This document shows positions 29,146-40,900 of a stretch of 57,352 bases of DNA, piece after piece. The notes beneath the pieces are model-generated. The model was not told the DNA's origin. It was given only the letters and a program-made list of their open reading frames with translations, and ran no database searches. Each line of letters opens with the position of its first letter. Within the stretch, counting starts at the first letter, position 1. The DNA comes from Coriobacteriia bacterium (GTDB lineage: Bacteria > Actinomycetota > Coriobacteriia > Anaerosomatales > SLCP01), in contig JAHYJI010000005.1 of assembly GCA_019429145.1 (NCBI GenBank), positions 1 through 57,352 on the forward strand, read 5' to 3'. Position numbers and translations under genes: made by a program.

Positions 29146-29346
29146 TTGCCCTCCTACGACCTGAAGTGTCAGGATTGCGGTACGCGATTCGAGCGATTCT
29201 TCATGCGGTTGATCCGTACCGAGGATCGAGTGTGCCCGTCGTGTGGCTCCACTCGCGTGGTGACGGGACCCGGTGGAGGAGTGGTGGCGGTCGCTCGCAC
29301 GGTACGGAGTGACTCGGGTGCGTGCGGCTCAGGAGGATTCACCTGA
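29146..29346 (+). CDS. FmdB-family zinc-ribbon protein
   Basis: MPSYDLKCQDCG...CPSCGS, C-terminal CGSGGFT. Confidence 0.85.
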   Translation: MPSYDLKCQDCGTRFERFFMRLIRTEDRVCPSCGSTRVVTGPGGGVVAVARTVRSDSGACGSGGFT

Positions 29347-29390
29347 GGGTGAGGATTCGCGCCCGGTCGGGCGCCAGCTGAGGGGGACCG

Positions 29391-29759
29391 GTGGATCACG
29401 CATACAAGCGAACGAGGACCGGGAGCTTCTCAGAGACCATCGAGGCCGTGGAGCACGCCGTGCGTGCCCGCGGCTTCGTCATCGAGAACAAGTACGACAT
29501 CGGAGGGACGGTGGTCGCCAAGGGATTTGCCATCCGGCCCCTGGTGATCATGGAGGTCAGCCCCGTCGAGGAGGTGGGGAGTCCGCTCTCGCTCGTGCTG
29601 CCGTGTCGCATCAACATCTACGAGGAGGACGGAGCCGTCGTCGTCGCGGCCCTTCGCCCGACGATCTTCGGTGCGATCTACCCGGAGCACCGGCTCGACG
29701 AGCTCGCAAGGGGTATCGAGGAGACGGTCATCGGCATCGTGGATGACGCGACCAGCTGA
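29391..29759 (+). CDS. DUF302-family protein
   Basis: GFVIE...LPCRINIYEEDG.VVV...P motif. Confidence 0.8.
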   Translation: MDHAYKRTRTGSFSETIEAVEHAVRARGFVIENKYDIGGTVVAKGFAIRPLVIMEVSPVEEVGSPLSLVLPCRINIYEEDGAVVVAALRPTIFGAIYPEHRLDELARGIEETVIGIVDDATS

Positions 29760-29768
29760 GAGGCTGCC

Positions 29769-30074
29769 CTACTTCACGCACGATGAGTACTTGAGGAAGA
29801 CGCTGATCGCCTCGTCGATGAGCTCGTCGCGCGATCTCTCCTCATCGTCGATGAGGCAGCGTTTCATCGAGTGGCCGATGATGTGGAGCCCGACCTGGTT
29901 CAGCGCGGACTTCGCGGCCATGATCTGAGTGAGGACGTCTTCGCAGTCCTTTCCCGACTCGATCATGGACTGCAAGCCCCGGATCTGTCCCTCGAGGCGA
30001 CGGAGGCGGTTGAGGATGCGCGTGCGCTCCGCATCTGCGGCGAGCGGGCCTATGCTATCTGTCATCGAGTTCAC
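29769..30074 (-). CDS. CsoR/RcnR-family transcriptional repressor
   Basis: LNRLRRLEGQIRGLQSMIE...CEDVLTQIMAAKSAL...HSMKRC. Start may be ATG 30065. Confidence 0.92.
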   Translation of the reverse strand: MNSMTDSIGPLAADAERTRILNRLRRLEGQIRGLQSMIESGKDCEDVLTQIMAAKSALNQVGLHIIGHSMKRCLIDDEERSRDELIDEAISVFLKYSSCVK

Positions 30075-30120
30075 CTCGCACGGTGTGGGGTATCATCACT
30101 CATCTGTGATGAATCAGTAG

Positions 30121-30143
30121 AATATACCCCCCAGGGGTATATT
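30121..30143. promoter_or_regulatory. CsoR-family operator between the divergent repressor and CDF genes
   Basis: Perfect 10-bp inverted repeat AATATACCCC-cca-GGGGTATATT. Confidence 0.85.
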
Positions 30144-30161
30144 GTGCAAGCGGGAGGTCAC

Positions 30162-31106
30162 GTGGGCTACTCCGCAGGACCCGGTGAGGGCGCTGCTCCG
30201 GATCGCAAGTCGCGCATCCGTCGCATCCTGGTCTTCATCCTTGCGCTGAACCTCGCCGTCGCCCTTGCGAAGCTGGGATGGGGCTACGTGGCGGGATCGG
30301 TGTCGATGGTCGCCGACGGTTTTCACTCTCTGTTCGATGGTGCCTCTAACATCATCGGTCTCGTGGGCCTTGCTCTGGCGGCACGGCCGGCCGACCGGGA
30401 CCATCCCTACGGCCACGGCAAGTACGAGACCTACGCCTCTGCTGCCATCGGCGCGATGCTTGCGTTCGCGGCGTACAGCGTGGGGAGCGCGGCGATCGGG
30501 AGGTTGCTCGAGGGCAGCCCCCCGCCGCGTGTCGATGCCATCGCGTTCGCCGTGATGATCGGTACGCTCGCCGTCAACATCGGCGTTACACTCTACGAGC
30601 GGGCGGTGGGCAAACGTCTGGGCAGCGAGATACTCATCGCCGATGCCAGCCACACCGGAAGCGACGCGCTCGTGAGCATCGGGGTGATCGCCGGATTGAT
30701 CGCGGTCCGTGCCGGGTATCCCATCGCCGACCCGCTCATCGCCCTTGTGGTCGCCGGGGTCATCGCGTACACGGCATTGCGCGTATTCAGACAGGCCACG
30801 GTCACTCTCTCAGACACGGCCCGCATAGACCCCAGACTCATCGCGAACGTGTGCATGGAGGTTCCGGGAGTGCTCGGGTGCCACCGCATCCGGACACGCG
30901 GCTCTGCAGCCGAGGTCTACGTCGATCTGCACATCCAGGTCGACCCGGCGGCGACCGTGACCACCGGGCATGCGGTGGCCGAGGCGGTGGAACGCGTGGT
31001 GTGCCACTCGTTCGAGCCGGTCGTCGATGTGGTCGCACACCTCGAACCCTACGACGCCTACCAGGTTGGCAAGACGGCCAAGGAGATAGATGCAGGACTC
31101 GCTTAA
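30162..31106 (+). CDS. Cation diffusion facilitator (FieF/MntE-like) transporter
   Basis: ADGFHSLFD, HPYGHGKYE, ADASHTGSD, C-terminal VDLHIQV...GH...HLEP. GTG start after GGGAGG. Confidence 0.92.
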   Translation: MGYSAGPGEGAAPDRKSRIRRILVFILALNLAVALAKLGWGYVAGSVSMVADGFHSLFDGASNIIGLVGLALAARPADRDHPYGHGKYETYASAAIGAMLAFAAYSVGSAAIGRLLEGSPPPRVDAIAFAVMIGTLAVNIGVTLYERAVGKRLGSEILIADASHTGSDALVSIGVIAGLIAVRAGYPIADPLIALVVAGVIAYTALRVFRQATVTLSDTARIDPRLIANVCMEVPGVLGCHRIRTRGSAAEVYVDLHIQVDPAATVTTGHAVAEAVERVVCHSFEPVVDVVAHLEPYDAYQVGKTAKEIDAGLA

Positions 31107-32085
31107 GCCAGTTCCTGACCAGAGTCACAGCTGGAAGGGTTACGCGCTCGCTACGGTTGCGGCGCTCTGTTGGGCCACGGGAGGATTGACTGCCAAGTGG
31201 CTCTTCACCGCCGAGGGACCGGATACCGCGGCGTGGCGCGTGCCGCCGCTCGGAATGACCATCGATCCCGTCGTGCTCTCGGGCGCGCGTGCATTCAGCG
31301 CCTTCGCGGTGCTGATCGTCTACCTGGTCGTGTCTCGGCGCTACGCACTACGCATCTCCCGGCGCGAACTGCCTTTCTTCGCGTTGTTCGGCGTGGTAGG
31401 GCTGGCCGGCGTGCACTTCACCTACTTCAAGGCGATCTCTCACACGAACGTCGCAACCGCTATCCTGCTCGAGTACCTCGCACCCGTGCTGGTGCTGATC
31501 GTTTCGGTCATCTTCCTCGGACAGCAGCTGACGTGGACGCTGCCCACCGGTGTCGGACTCTCGATCCTCGGGTGTGCGCTCGTTGTGGGTGCGATCGGAG
31601 GCGACGGGCTCGCGGTGAGCCCCGAGGGCATCGCGTGGGGGCTCGCCTCCGCGGTCTTCTTCGCCGCCTATTCGCTGATGGGCCGGTACGCCGCGAGACG
31701 CTTCTCGCCCTGGACGACGCTGGTGTACGGTCTTGGCTTCGCCTCGGTCTTCTGGATGCTCTACCTGCGTGGCCCGGCCGGAGTATCCGACGCGTTTGCG
31801 ACCCCGACATCCACCGCCGCGGTCCTATTCATCGCGGTGGCGAGCACGATCATCCCATTCGCGGCGTTCCTCAAGGCGCTTCACTACATCGACCCGACCC
31901 GTGCGACCATCGTCGCGACACTGGAGCCGGTGATCGCCGGGCTCGTCGCCTTCCTTGCGCTGGGGGAGACGTTCGGTCCGGTGCAGATTCTCGGAGGCGT
32001 GCTCGTGCTCGGCGCGATCATGCTCATCCAGGCACCGGGCAGGGCCGCTCCCGCTCAGCCGTTCGAAGTGCCTCCTGCCTCCTGA
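31090..32085 (+). CDS. EamA/DMT-family transporter
   Basis: Two EamA repeats (ATAILLEYLAP; LEPVIA...LGE), ~10 TM helices. Confidence 0.9.
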   Translation: MQDSLKPVPDQSHSWKGYALATVAALCWATGGLTAKWLFTAEGPDTAAWRVPPLGMTIDPVVLSGARAFSAFAVLIVYLVVSRRYALRISRRELPFFALFGVVGLAGVHFTYFKAISHTNVATAILLEYLAPVLVLIVSVIFLGQQLTWTLPTGVGLSILGCALVVGAIGGDGLAVSPEGIAWGLASAVFFAAYSLMGRYAARRFSPWTTLVYGLGFASVFWMLYLRGPAGVSDAFATPTSTAAVLFIAVASTIIPFAAFLKALHYIDPTRATIVATLEPVIAGLVAFLALGETFGPVQILGGVLVLGAIMLIQAPGRAAPAQPFEVPPAS

Positions 32086-32122
32086 CCTCACGTAACCTCC
32101 ACGAAAGAACACCCGCTTCCGG

Positions 32123-32172
32123 TGGTATATTCTTTGCTAGGCGCGCCGCCTTCTTCTGGCGGCCGATATGCA
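32123..32172 (+). promoter_or_regulatory. Candidate promoter region of rpoN: two GG-N10-GC sites, one overlapping an extended -10
   Basis: TGGTATA-ttct-TTGCT (32123-32138), which also reads TGgTATATT, and TGGCGGC-cgat-ATGCA (32157-32172). Confidence 0.5.
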
Positions 32173-32188
32173 CCGGGGAGGGTTCTCA

Positions 32189-33583
32189 GTGGAGCTCGGG
32201 CAGAGGACCGAACTCAGACAGAAGGTGACACTCTCGCCCCAGGTCTACCAGGGCCTGAGTATCCTCGCCATGCCCATCTTCGAGCTCCAGCAGCTGGTCG
32301 AGGCCGAGATGCTGGAGAACCCGCTTCTCGAGGTCGACGAGATCGAACCCGAGCCGGGCGAGGACGACGAGACGCGTCAGGAGAGCGCGGAGGAGGAGCG
32401 CGCCTGGGACGAGTGGCTCGACATGTACGACGAGCTCGACTCGGCGGAGTACAGTGGTCCGCGCGATCCCAACGAGGAGGCGGCCAACACCGAGGAGTTC
32501 GTCGGCGGCGCGGTGAGCTTCTCTGACTACCTCGAACAGCAGCTGGCGATGATGGAACTCAGCGACGAGGTGGACGCGGCCGCGCGTGCCGTGATCGGTT
32601 CGCTCGACGCCGACGGGTTCTTCAAGGGTGACTGTGCTGAGGTCGCCGCGCTCGTCGGTGTGACGACCGCGAACGCCGAGGAGGGCCTGCGCGTCGTGCA
32701 GCAGCTCGATCCTCCGGGCGTGGGTGCCCGTAGCCTGACCGAAGCGCTCGTCATCCAGATGGACTTCCTCGGCCTGGAGGACCCGCTGCTGGAGGCGATC
32801 ATCAACGGCCATCTCGACGACGTCGCCGCGAACCACTTCCGCAAGATCGCCCGGGCACTCAAGGCCACCGAACCGGAGGTCCGTGAAGCGGTCGCTGTGC
32901 TGCGCTCGCTGAATCCCCGGCCGGCCGGCGCCTACTCGCCCGGCCCCTCACCGGGCTACATCGTTCCCGACGTGACGATCCGTCGCTTCGACGACGAGTG
33001 GCTGATCATCCCGAACAGCGAGTCCGTGCCCACCCTGCGGGTCAGCCCGCGCTACCGGTCGATGCTGCGCTCGGGTTCGAACGCCGACGAGGACACCCGC
33101 CGCTATCTCAAGGACAAGATCCGTTCCGCGGAAAGCTTCATCAAGAACGTCGACCGTCGCAAAGACACCGTGAGCCGGATCACCGGCATCATCCTGGAGG
33201 TCCAGTCGGAGTTCTTCGAGGACGGTAAGGGTCCGCTTCGCCCGCTTCGCCTCGAGGACGTCGCGGTCGAGCTGGGCGTCCATCTCTCCACGGTCAGCCG
33301 GGGCGTGACCGGCAAGTACATGGCGACCCCGTACGGGCTCTTCGAGCTGAAGCACTTCTTCGCCGGCGGGTACCGGACCACCACCGGTATGGACATCGCG
33401 TCCACGAGCATCAAACAGAGACTGAAGGAGCTCGTGGCGGAGGAGGACGCGGAGAAGCCGCTCTCGGACCAGAAGCTCGCCGAGCTGCTCTCCGACGAGG
33501 GCGTGAGCGTCGCACGCCGTACGGTGGCCAAGTACCGCGAGGAGCTGCACATCGAACCTTCCTGGGCGAGGAGACGACGGTGA
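32189..33583 (+). CDS. rpoN: RNA polymerase sigma-54 factor
   Basis: Q/L-rich region I (RQKVTLSPQ...ENPLLE), QQLDPPGVGAR, HTH HLSTVSR, PLSDQK, RpoN box ARRTVAKYRE. GTG start after GGGGAGG. Confidence 0.96.
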   Translation: MELGQRTELRQKVTLSPQVYQGLSILAMPIFELQQLVEAEMLENPLLEVDEIEPEPGEDDETRQESAEEERAWDEWLDMYDELDSAEYSGPRDPNEEAANTEEFVGGAVSFSDYLEQQLAMMELSDEVDAAARAVIGSLDADGFFKGDCAEVAALVGVTTANAEEGLRVVQQLDPPGVGARSLTEALVIQMDFLGLEDPLLEAIINGHLDDVAANHFRKIARALKATEPEVREAVAVLRSLNPRPAGAYSPGPSPGYIVPDVTIRRFDDEWLIIPNSESVPTLRVSPRYRSMLRSGSNADEDTRRYLKDKIRSAESFIKNVDRRKDTVSRITGIILEVQSEFFEDGKGPLRPLRLEDVAVELGVHLSTVSRGVTGKYMATPYGLFELKHFFAGGYRTTTGMDIASTSIKQRLKELVAEEDAEKPLSDQKLAELLSDEGVSVARRTVAKYREELHIEPSWARRRR

Positions 33584-35099
33584 CCGAGCAGCCCAGGTCG
33601 GCCGAGGAGGCCGAGGCTCAGCGCAGGGCGGTGCGGCTGCGAGCGGTCGTCATCGTCGTTGCGATGCTCGCGGTGGTCACCACGCTGCACCTGTACACGA
33701 ATGTCGCCGGTGGTGCCGTCATGCTGCACCTGCTCTACCGGCGCCTCTACTACGTCCCGATCCTTTACGCGGCCTTCGTCTTCGGCAAGAAGGGCGGGTT
33801 GCTTACCGCGCTTGCCGCCTCGGTACCGTTCGCCATCAACGCCCAGATCACCCTCGGAGGATTCACCGGACGGACAATCGACAGCAGCCTCGAGGTATTC
33901 ATGTACTTCGCCATCGGCGTTCTCTTCGGCGCACTGCGGGACATGGAGGAGCGCAAGACGGCGGACCTCCGGCAGGTGAGCGCGCGGCTCGAGGAAGCGT
34001 ACAAGAAGCTCGAGGAGCGCGCCATCCAGCTCATCAACATCCAGGACTACACGCAGTCCATCCTCCGCTCGATCACATCCGGTGTACTCACCATCGGCCC
34101 TGATGGCTCGATCACCACAGCTAATCCCGCGGCCGAGCGCCTGCTCGGCATGTCGGAGTACGAGATGGTGCCCAAGAGCATCGGCGCGCTCTTTCGCGAC
34201 GACGGGGGACTGGAAGGTGACGTCAGGAAGGTGCTGTCCGGGCGCATCCCGCTCACCCTGCGGGAGGTCAGGATGGTGACCGACGCCGGTCACGACATCC
34301 ACGTTCAGGCCTCGACGTCGCGAATGCGCGCGGTCGGCGGGCGGATACTCGGGGCGGTCGTCACCATCGAGGACGTCTCGGAGGTCAAGGCGCTCACCGA
34401 GCAGCTCATAAGGGCCGACCGCCTTGCAGCGATGGGGGAGCTCACCGCCGGCGTGGCGCACGAGGTCCGCAACCCGCTCGGTGTCATACGCGCGAGCGTG
34501 CAGCTGCTCGAGGACGCGGACTGCGACGCCGAGCGCGTCCGTCAGGCCGGCGAGGTCATGAAGCAGGAGATCGACCGGCTCGACAAGGTGATCAAGGCGC
34601 TGTTGGACTTCGGCCGGCCGAGCAAGCCAACGATGCGGGCAACCGACGTCTCAAGCGTGCTCGGGGACGTCGTGCTCTTCACGAGTCGTTTCGCCGCGCA
34701 GTCCGATGTCACGATCTCCGAGGAGTACGCGCCCGATCTCCCTCGCGTCACGGCCGATCCGGACCAGCTGAAGCAGGTGTTCCTCAATCTGATCACCAAT
34801 GCGGTTCAGTCAATGGAGGAGATCGGCGGAGAGATCCTCCTCTCCGCGCACGAGCAGGGAGACTTCGTGGTGGTGACCCTCTGCGATACCGGCCCCGGCA
34901 TACCCGCCGAGGACCTGGGAAAGGTGTTCGATCCGTTCTACTCGACCCGAGACGCCGGGACCGGTCTCGGGCTCACCATCGTCCACCGCATCATCGATGA
35001 GCACGATGGGCATATCGAACTGGAGAGCAGTCCCGAGGGCACGACGATCCGGATCTCTCTCCCGACCGCATTCGACGACGAACCGATGGGGGGCGCTCG

Positions 35100-35103
<4 letters not shown>
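33580..35103 (+). CDS. Membrane PAS histidine kinase (NtrB/ZraS/AtoS-like)
   Basis: TM sensor HLLYRRLYYVPILYAA, PAS, H-box AHEVRNPL, N-box, DTGPG, GTGLGL. GTGA overlap with rpoN. Confidence 0.93.
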
Positions 35104-36449
<1,346 letters not shown>

Positions 36450-36461
36450 GCCACCGGCGCT

Positions 36462-36477
36462 TGGCATGGCTGTTGCA
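36462..36477 (+). promoter_or_regulatory. Sigma-54 -24/-12 promoter directly downstream of the bEBP gene
   Basis: TGGCATG-gctg-TTGCA, exact spacing, ~42 bp before ATG 36519. Confidence 0.8.
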
Positions 36478-36518
36478 CCCTGCGTGACATCGCTGCGCAT
36501 CCACGCCGGGAGTGAAGT

Positions 36519-36863
36519 ATGGCGCGCGAACGGGACAGGAAAAGGACGGTTCTCGCCGGTCTGTCATTCGGCCTCTTGCTCCTGTTCTCCGTAGCCGCGC
36601 TCCTGCTTTCGCTCGTGCGGTCTGCGCCTGCGGCACCGGCATGGGGCTTGGCACTGATTGTGGGCACGCTGTGTGCCCTGGTGGCTCTGCTTCTGTTAGA
36701 GCCCGGATCGGAGTCCACCGATGCCGATCCCGTGGTATCGTCATGTGCCGCGTGCGGCAATCCCATGCTTGCCGAGTGGCGACTCTGCCCGCACTGCGGG
36801 CAGATGCTGGAATGCGACATGTCCGCACCGATGCAAGGAGATCGCACCCCATGGCTGACCTGA
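36519..36863 (+). CDS. 2-TM membrane protein with C-terminal zinc ribbon
   Basis: Two hydrophobic helices, then CAACG...CPHCG. Confidence 0.75.
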   Translation: MARERDRKRTVLAGLSFGLLLLFSVAALLLSLVRSAPAAPAWGLALIVGTLCALVALLLLEPGSESTDADPVVSSCAACGNPMLAEWRLCPHCGQMLECDMSAPMQGDRTPWLT

Positions 36864-37075
36864 AGACCGTTCACCTGACGACGACGGGTATGCACTGCGG
36901 CTCGTGCGCGATGCTCATCGACATGACACTCGGGGACCTCGAGGGCGTCTCCGAGGTCAAGACCGACTACGCCTCCGGAGCCACGATGGTTACGTTCGAC
37001 CCCGAGAGGATCTCCGTGGACGATCTCGTTCAGTCCGTCCGATCTGCAGGGTACGAGGCTGCCGTTACGGCGTAG
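36851..37075 (+). CDS. Heavy-metal-associated (CopZ-like) chaperone
   Basis: GMHCGSC, 74 aa, AGY C-terminal motif; AAGGAG RBS. Confidence 0.88.
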   Translation: MADLKTVHLTTTGMHCGSCAMLIDMTLGDLEGVSEVKTDYASGATMVTFDPERISVDDLVQSVRSAGYEAAVTA

Positions 37076-37091
37076 CGGATCGCGCTCGACC

Positions 37092-37120
37092 TTGCCTCGG
37101 GATACCCCGTGGGGTATAAT
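37092..37120 (+). promoter_or_regulatory. Sigma70 promoter of ccdA with overlapping CsoR-family operator
   Basis: TTGCCT-17bp-TATAAT; ATACCCC-gt-GGGGTAT at 37102-37117. Confidence 0.8.
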
Positions 37121-37158
37121 GCGGCGTCGACGACCGCTTCGCCCCGGGAGGTAGATCG

Positions 37159-37875
37159 ATGGAGATGGGTTTCGCGCTTGCCTTCGCTGCAGGCGTCGTC
37201 TCGTTCCTGTCCCCGTGCGTGCTGCCTCTCATCCCCGGATACCTGTCATTCATGACCGGGATCGCGGTAGGCGACCTCGGTACGGGACGTGCGGCCCGAG
37301 CGGTGATCGGGCCCGCACTGCTCTTCGTGGCAGGATTCTCCGTCGTCTTTACTTCGCTTGGCGCATCCGCGTCGGTCCTGGGATCGTTTCTCGTCGACTA
37401 CCGCGTCGTTCTCGAGCGGGTGGCGGGTGTACTGGTCATCGGGTTCGGTATCCTCATGCTCGGGATCGTGAGGCTCCCGTGGCTCTACGGCGAGGCGCGG
37501 GTCGACATGGGCAAGGCACGTGCCTTCGGCCGGGGAGCGGCGTTTGTCATGGGTGCCGCGTTCGCATTCGGGTGGACGCCCTGTGTCGGACCGGTGCTCG
37601 GCTCGATACTGGCACTGGCGGGTACCACCGCCAGTGTTGGCCAGGGTGCCGCTCTGCTGTTGGTGTACTCCCTCGGTCTCGGTGTTCCGTTCATCGCCAC
37701 TGCGCTGCTTTTCGGAAGCGCGGGTCCGCTGCTTGCCCGCATCAACCGTCACTCCCTGGTCATCAACCGCGTCGCCGGCGTTCTCCTGATCGCCGTCGGC
37801 CTGCTTATCGTGACCGGCAGGCTCTCCGCGCTCGTTGCCGCGTTGAGCTCGGTGCTTCCCGAGGTGGCTCTCTAG
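37159..37875 (+). CDS. ccdA: CcdA/DsbD-family transmembrane thiol-disulfide electron transporter
   Basis: AGVVSFLSPCVLPLIP and FGWTPCVGPVL motifs. Confidence 0.92.
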   Translation: MEMGFALAFAAGVVSFLSPCVLPLIPGYLSFMTGIAVGDLGTGRAARAVIGPALLFVAGFSVVFTSLGASASVLGSFLVDYRVVLERVAGVLVIGFGILMLGIVRLPWLYGEARVDMGKARAFGRGAAFVMGAAFAFGWTPCVGPVLGSILALAGTTASVGQGAALLLVYSLGLGVPFIATALLFGSAGPLLARINRHSLVINRVAGVLLIAVGLLIVTGRLSALVAALSSVLPEVAL

Positions 37876-37949
37876 CAGTTGGTGGCCTGCCGCCCGTGCT
37901 TTACGATGGGTAGCGTCTGTGCGTCCATGCGACGACGGGTGAGGGCCGG

Positions 37950-40900
37950 ATGAGCAAACGAGGCGGCCGGAACGCGAGTCTGGCCACCAGCGTCGTACTG
38001 TTGACCTTCGTGCTGGCGATGACCGCCGTCAGCGTAGTCAGCCTGTCCGCGCTCGTCGGCGTCTACGATCTCGCGAACAGCCAGGTGGGCGCGAGGCACC
38101 AGGCCTACCTGCAGACGCTCGTCGGCGACATCGCCCTGCGTCTCGATCCCGCCGGACGTCTCGTGTCCCGCTCCCTCGCGGTGTCGATCGACCCCGCCAC
38201 CGGTGAGGTAAACCGGACCGCGCTCGCCGCGCAGTTCGACACCGGCGTGGAATACGTCGACCAGCTGCTTCTTGCCCGCAGCGACGGGAGTGTCGTCAGC
38301 GGCTATCCCACGTTTCGAACGCCTCGCAGTGTCGAGGGGTATCCGGTGCTCTCGATGGCCACTACCGAGACCCCCGTCTACTACTACGAGCGTCTGGAAG
38401 GCTCCCTCGATACGCGCTTGTGGGTCGCGCAGGCAGCCCCGGGCGATGCTGACCTCGTCATGCTCGCGCGAGTGAGACTGGGCTTCCTCAGACCGGTGAT
38501 AGACCGTTTCGCCGACCCTTCGATCGACCGGTGGGTGCTCCTCGTAGAGCGTGAGGGAGATGCCGTAGTCGCGAGCGTCGGCGCCTCCCGGCTCGTGCAG
38601 GAAAGCATCGTATACGAGGAGGAGGAGCCCGCGAGCGGCACCGTATCGGCGGTTGCCGAGGACGAGGCGGTCGTGTGGGGCCACTACGCTGACATAGACG
38701 ACCATCCCGGGCTGCCCTGGCGAGCGGTTATCGTCGAACCGCGCTCGGGGATGATCACCGCCACGTTGCTCGCACTCGGCCCTGCCGTCATGGCGCTTGT
38801 GGCGACCGGCGTCGTCACACTGGTGTTGGTCGGCATCTTCGCCCGGCGGCTCGTGTCACCCCTTACCCACCTCGAGGAACGTGCTCGCGAGGCGGTTACC
38901 GGGGCCTACGTCAGGCCGTTGCAGAGTGACCGTTCCGACGAGGTCGGCCGTCTGGCGGCGGCGTTCAACGCGATCGCGCTGCGCCTGAACGCGCTGCACG
39001 ACCTCTCTCAGTTGTTGGCGTCGTCGTCCCGCCTCGACCAGGTGCTCGACGGCATCATGTCTGCGATGGGGCACATCGTAGGAACGGCCACCGTAGCGGT
39101 CTTCCTTGTCGACGAGAACTCGGGCACGTTGGCGCTTGCACGCGCGCAGGATTCGTCCGCCGATCAGGCCCGGGGGGTCACGCTGGATTCGGATTCCTGG
39201 CTCGTCGATGCGCTTCACGCCGAGAACCCTCAGGTGCGCTCTGCAGCGGGCGATGAGATCGCGGAGCTCGTCCCTGCCGACTACGGACAGACGGTGACCG
39301 TGCTCGCGGCTCCTCTCACGGTTGGTACCGAGCCGCTCGGCGTGGTGCTCGTGATCGAGGACGGCGCCCGTACGTTCAGTGAGGCCGAGACGGAGATGGT
39401 GCGGACGTTCTCGGCGCAGGCGGCGGTGGCCGTCTACAACTCGCGTCTCTTCCAGTTCGAGACCCGCTCGCGCATGGAGGCCGAGGTGCTACGTGCCGTG
39501 GCTGAGCAGCTCTCCCGCCCACAGGAACTCGCCGCTGCTCTCAAGAGCGTGGAAGAGAGCACGGCGATACTCGTGGGTGCGTCGTCCACGATGATGGCGG
39601 TCTTCGACCGTTCGGGATTCGGGTTGCCGCCTGCTTCACATCCACTCGAAGAGGAAGCCGTGCTCTCGGCATGGGCCGAGCGTGAGTACGCAACGGGAAC
39701 CACCGCGGTCGTCGACACGGATTCAGGGGAGGGCGCGAGGCGTCTGCTTGCCGCTGCATTCGCCAGCAGTGCGCTGTTGGTCGCCATCGTCATCGACGAA
39801 GAGCCCCGCGCGGTCCTGGCGTTCCTGCGCGCCGGCGACAGGCCCTTCACTCTGCGTGAGCATCGTCTGGCAGCAGCCCTGGCGAGCCAGCTCGCGCTGG
39901 CGTTCGAGAGCGCGTACAACTTTGAGCGCGCTCGTACCCGGGCGGTGAATCTGGAGACCATCTTCCGGATCAGCCAGGCGGTCAGTTCCTCGCTTCAGAC
40001 CAAGGTAGTCCTCAACCGGGTCCTCGACGTCGTCCAGAAGATTTTCGCGGCCGATGCGGTATCGCTGATGACGTACGATGCTGCAACGGGTCTGGTATCG
40101 ACCGAGATGGCCCGCGGCATGATCTCCTCGGAGATGCTTCACTTCGAGGTCGAACCGGGCACCGATATCCCGGGCCAGGTCTTCTCGAGTGGCGAGCCCA
40201 CCCGTGCGGATGATGTGGTCCCGGGCGATGAGGGGCTTGCCGCACTTGCCGCCGAGCAAGGGCTCCACTCCATGCTCTCGGTTCCGCTCCTCGCTCGCGG
40301 GCGCAGCATCGGTGTGCTCACCGTGTTCTCGACGGAGTACGGCGCATTCAGCCACGAGGACATGGGCCTGCTCCACACGTTTGCGTCCCAGGCCGCACTG
40401 GCAATCGACACCGCCAAGCTCTACGGCAAGGAGCACCTGGTCGCGACGGTGTTACAAGCGTCGATCCTGCCCAAGACTCTGCCGGACTTCCCCGAGATAG
40501 AGTCGAGCAGCATCTATCTGCCCGCTGGAGTCGAGGCCGACATCGGTGGCGACTACTACGACCTGTTCAGGACACCCGACGGACGGATCCTCATGGTGAT
40601 GGGCGACGTCTGCGGCAAGGGGGTCGTGGCCGCCACGAAGACTTCGATGATCAAGTACACGGTGAGGGGTCTCGCGACGGCAGGACTGGCGCCGGACGAG
40701 ATCATCTCCGAGGTCAACAAGATGGTGTCCAGGAGCGGGGACACGAGCGACATCGTGACACTGTGGGTCGGCGCACTCGACGCCGGGAGCGGCACGCTTG
40801 CGTACGCGAACGGGGGTCATCCGGCGGCACTCGTGCGTCGAGCGTCAGACTCCTCGATCGTGCGATGCCCACCGACGGGAGCGCTCCTCGGCGCCACGGA

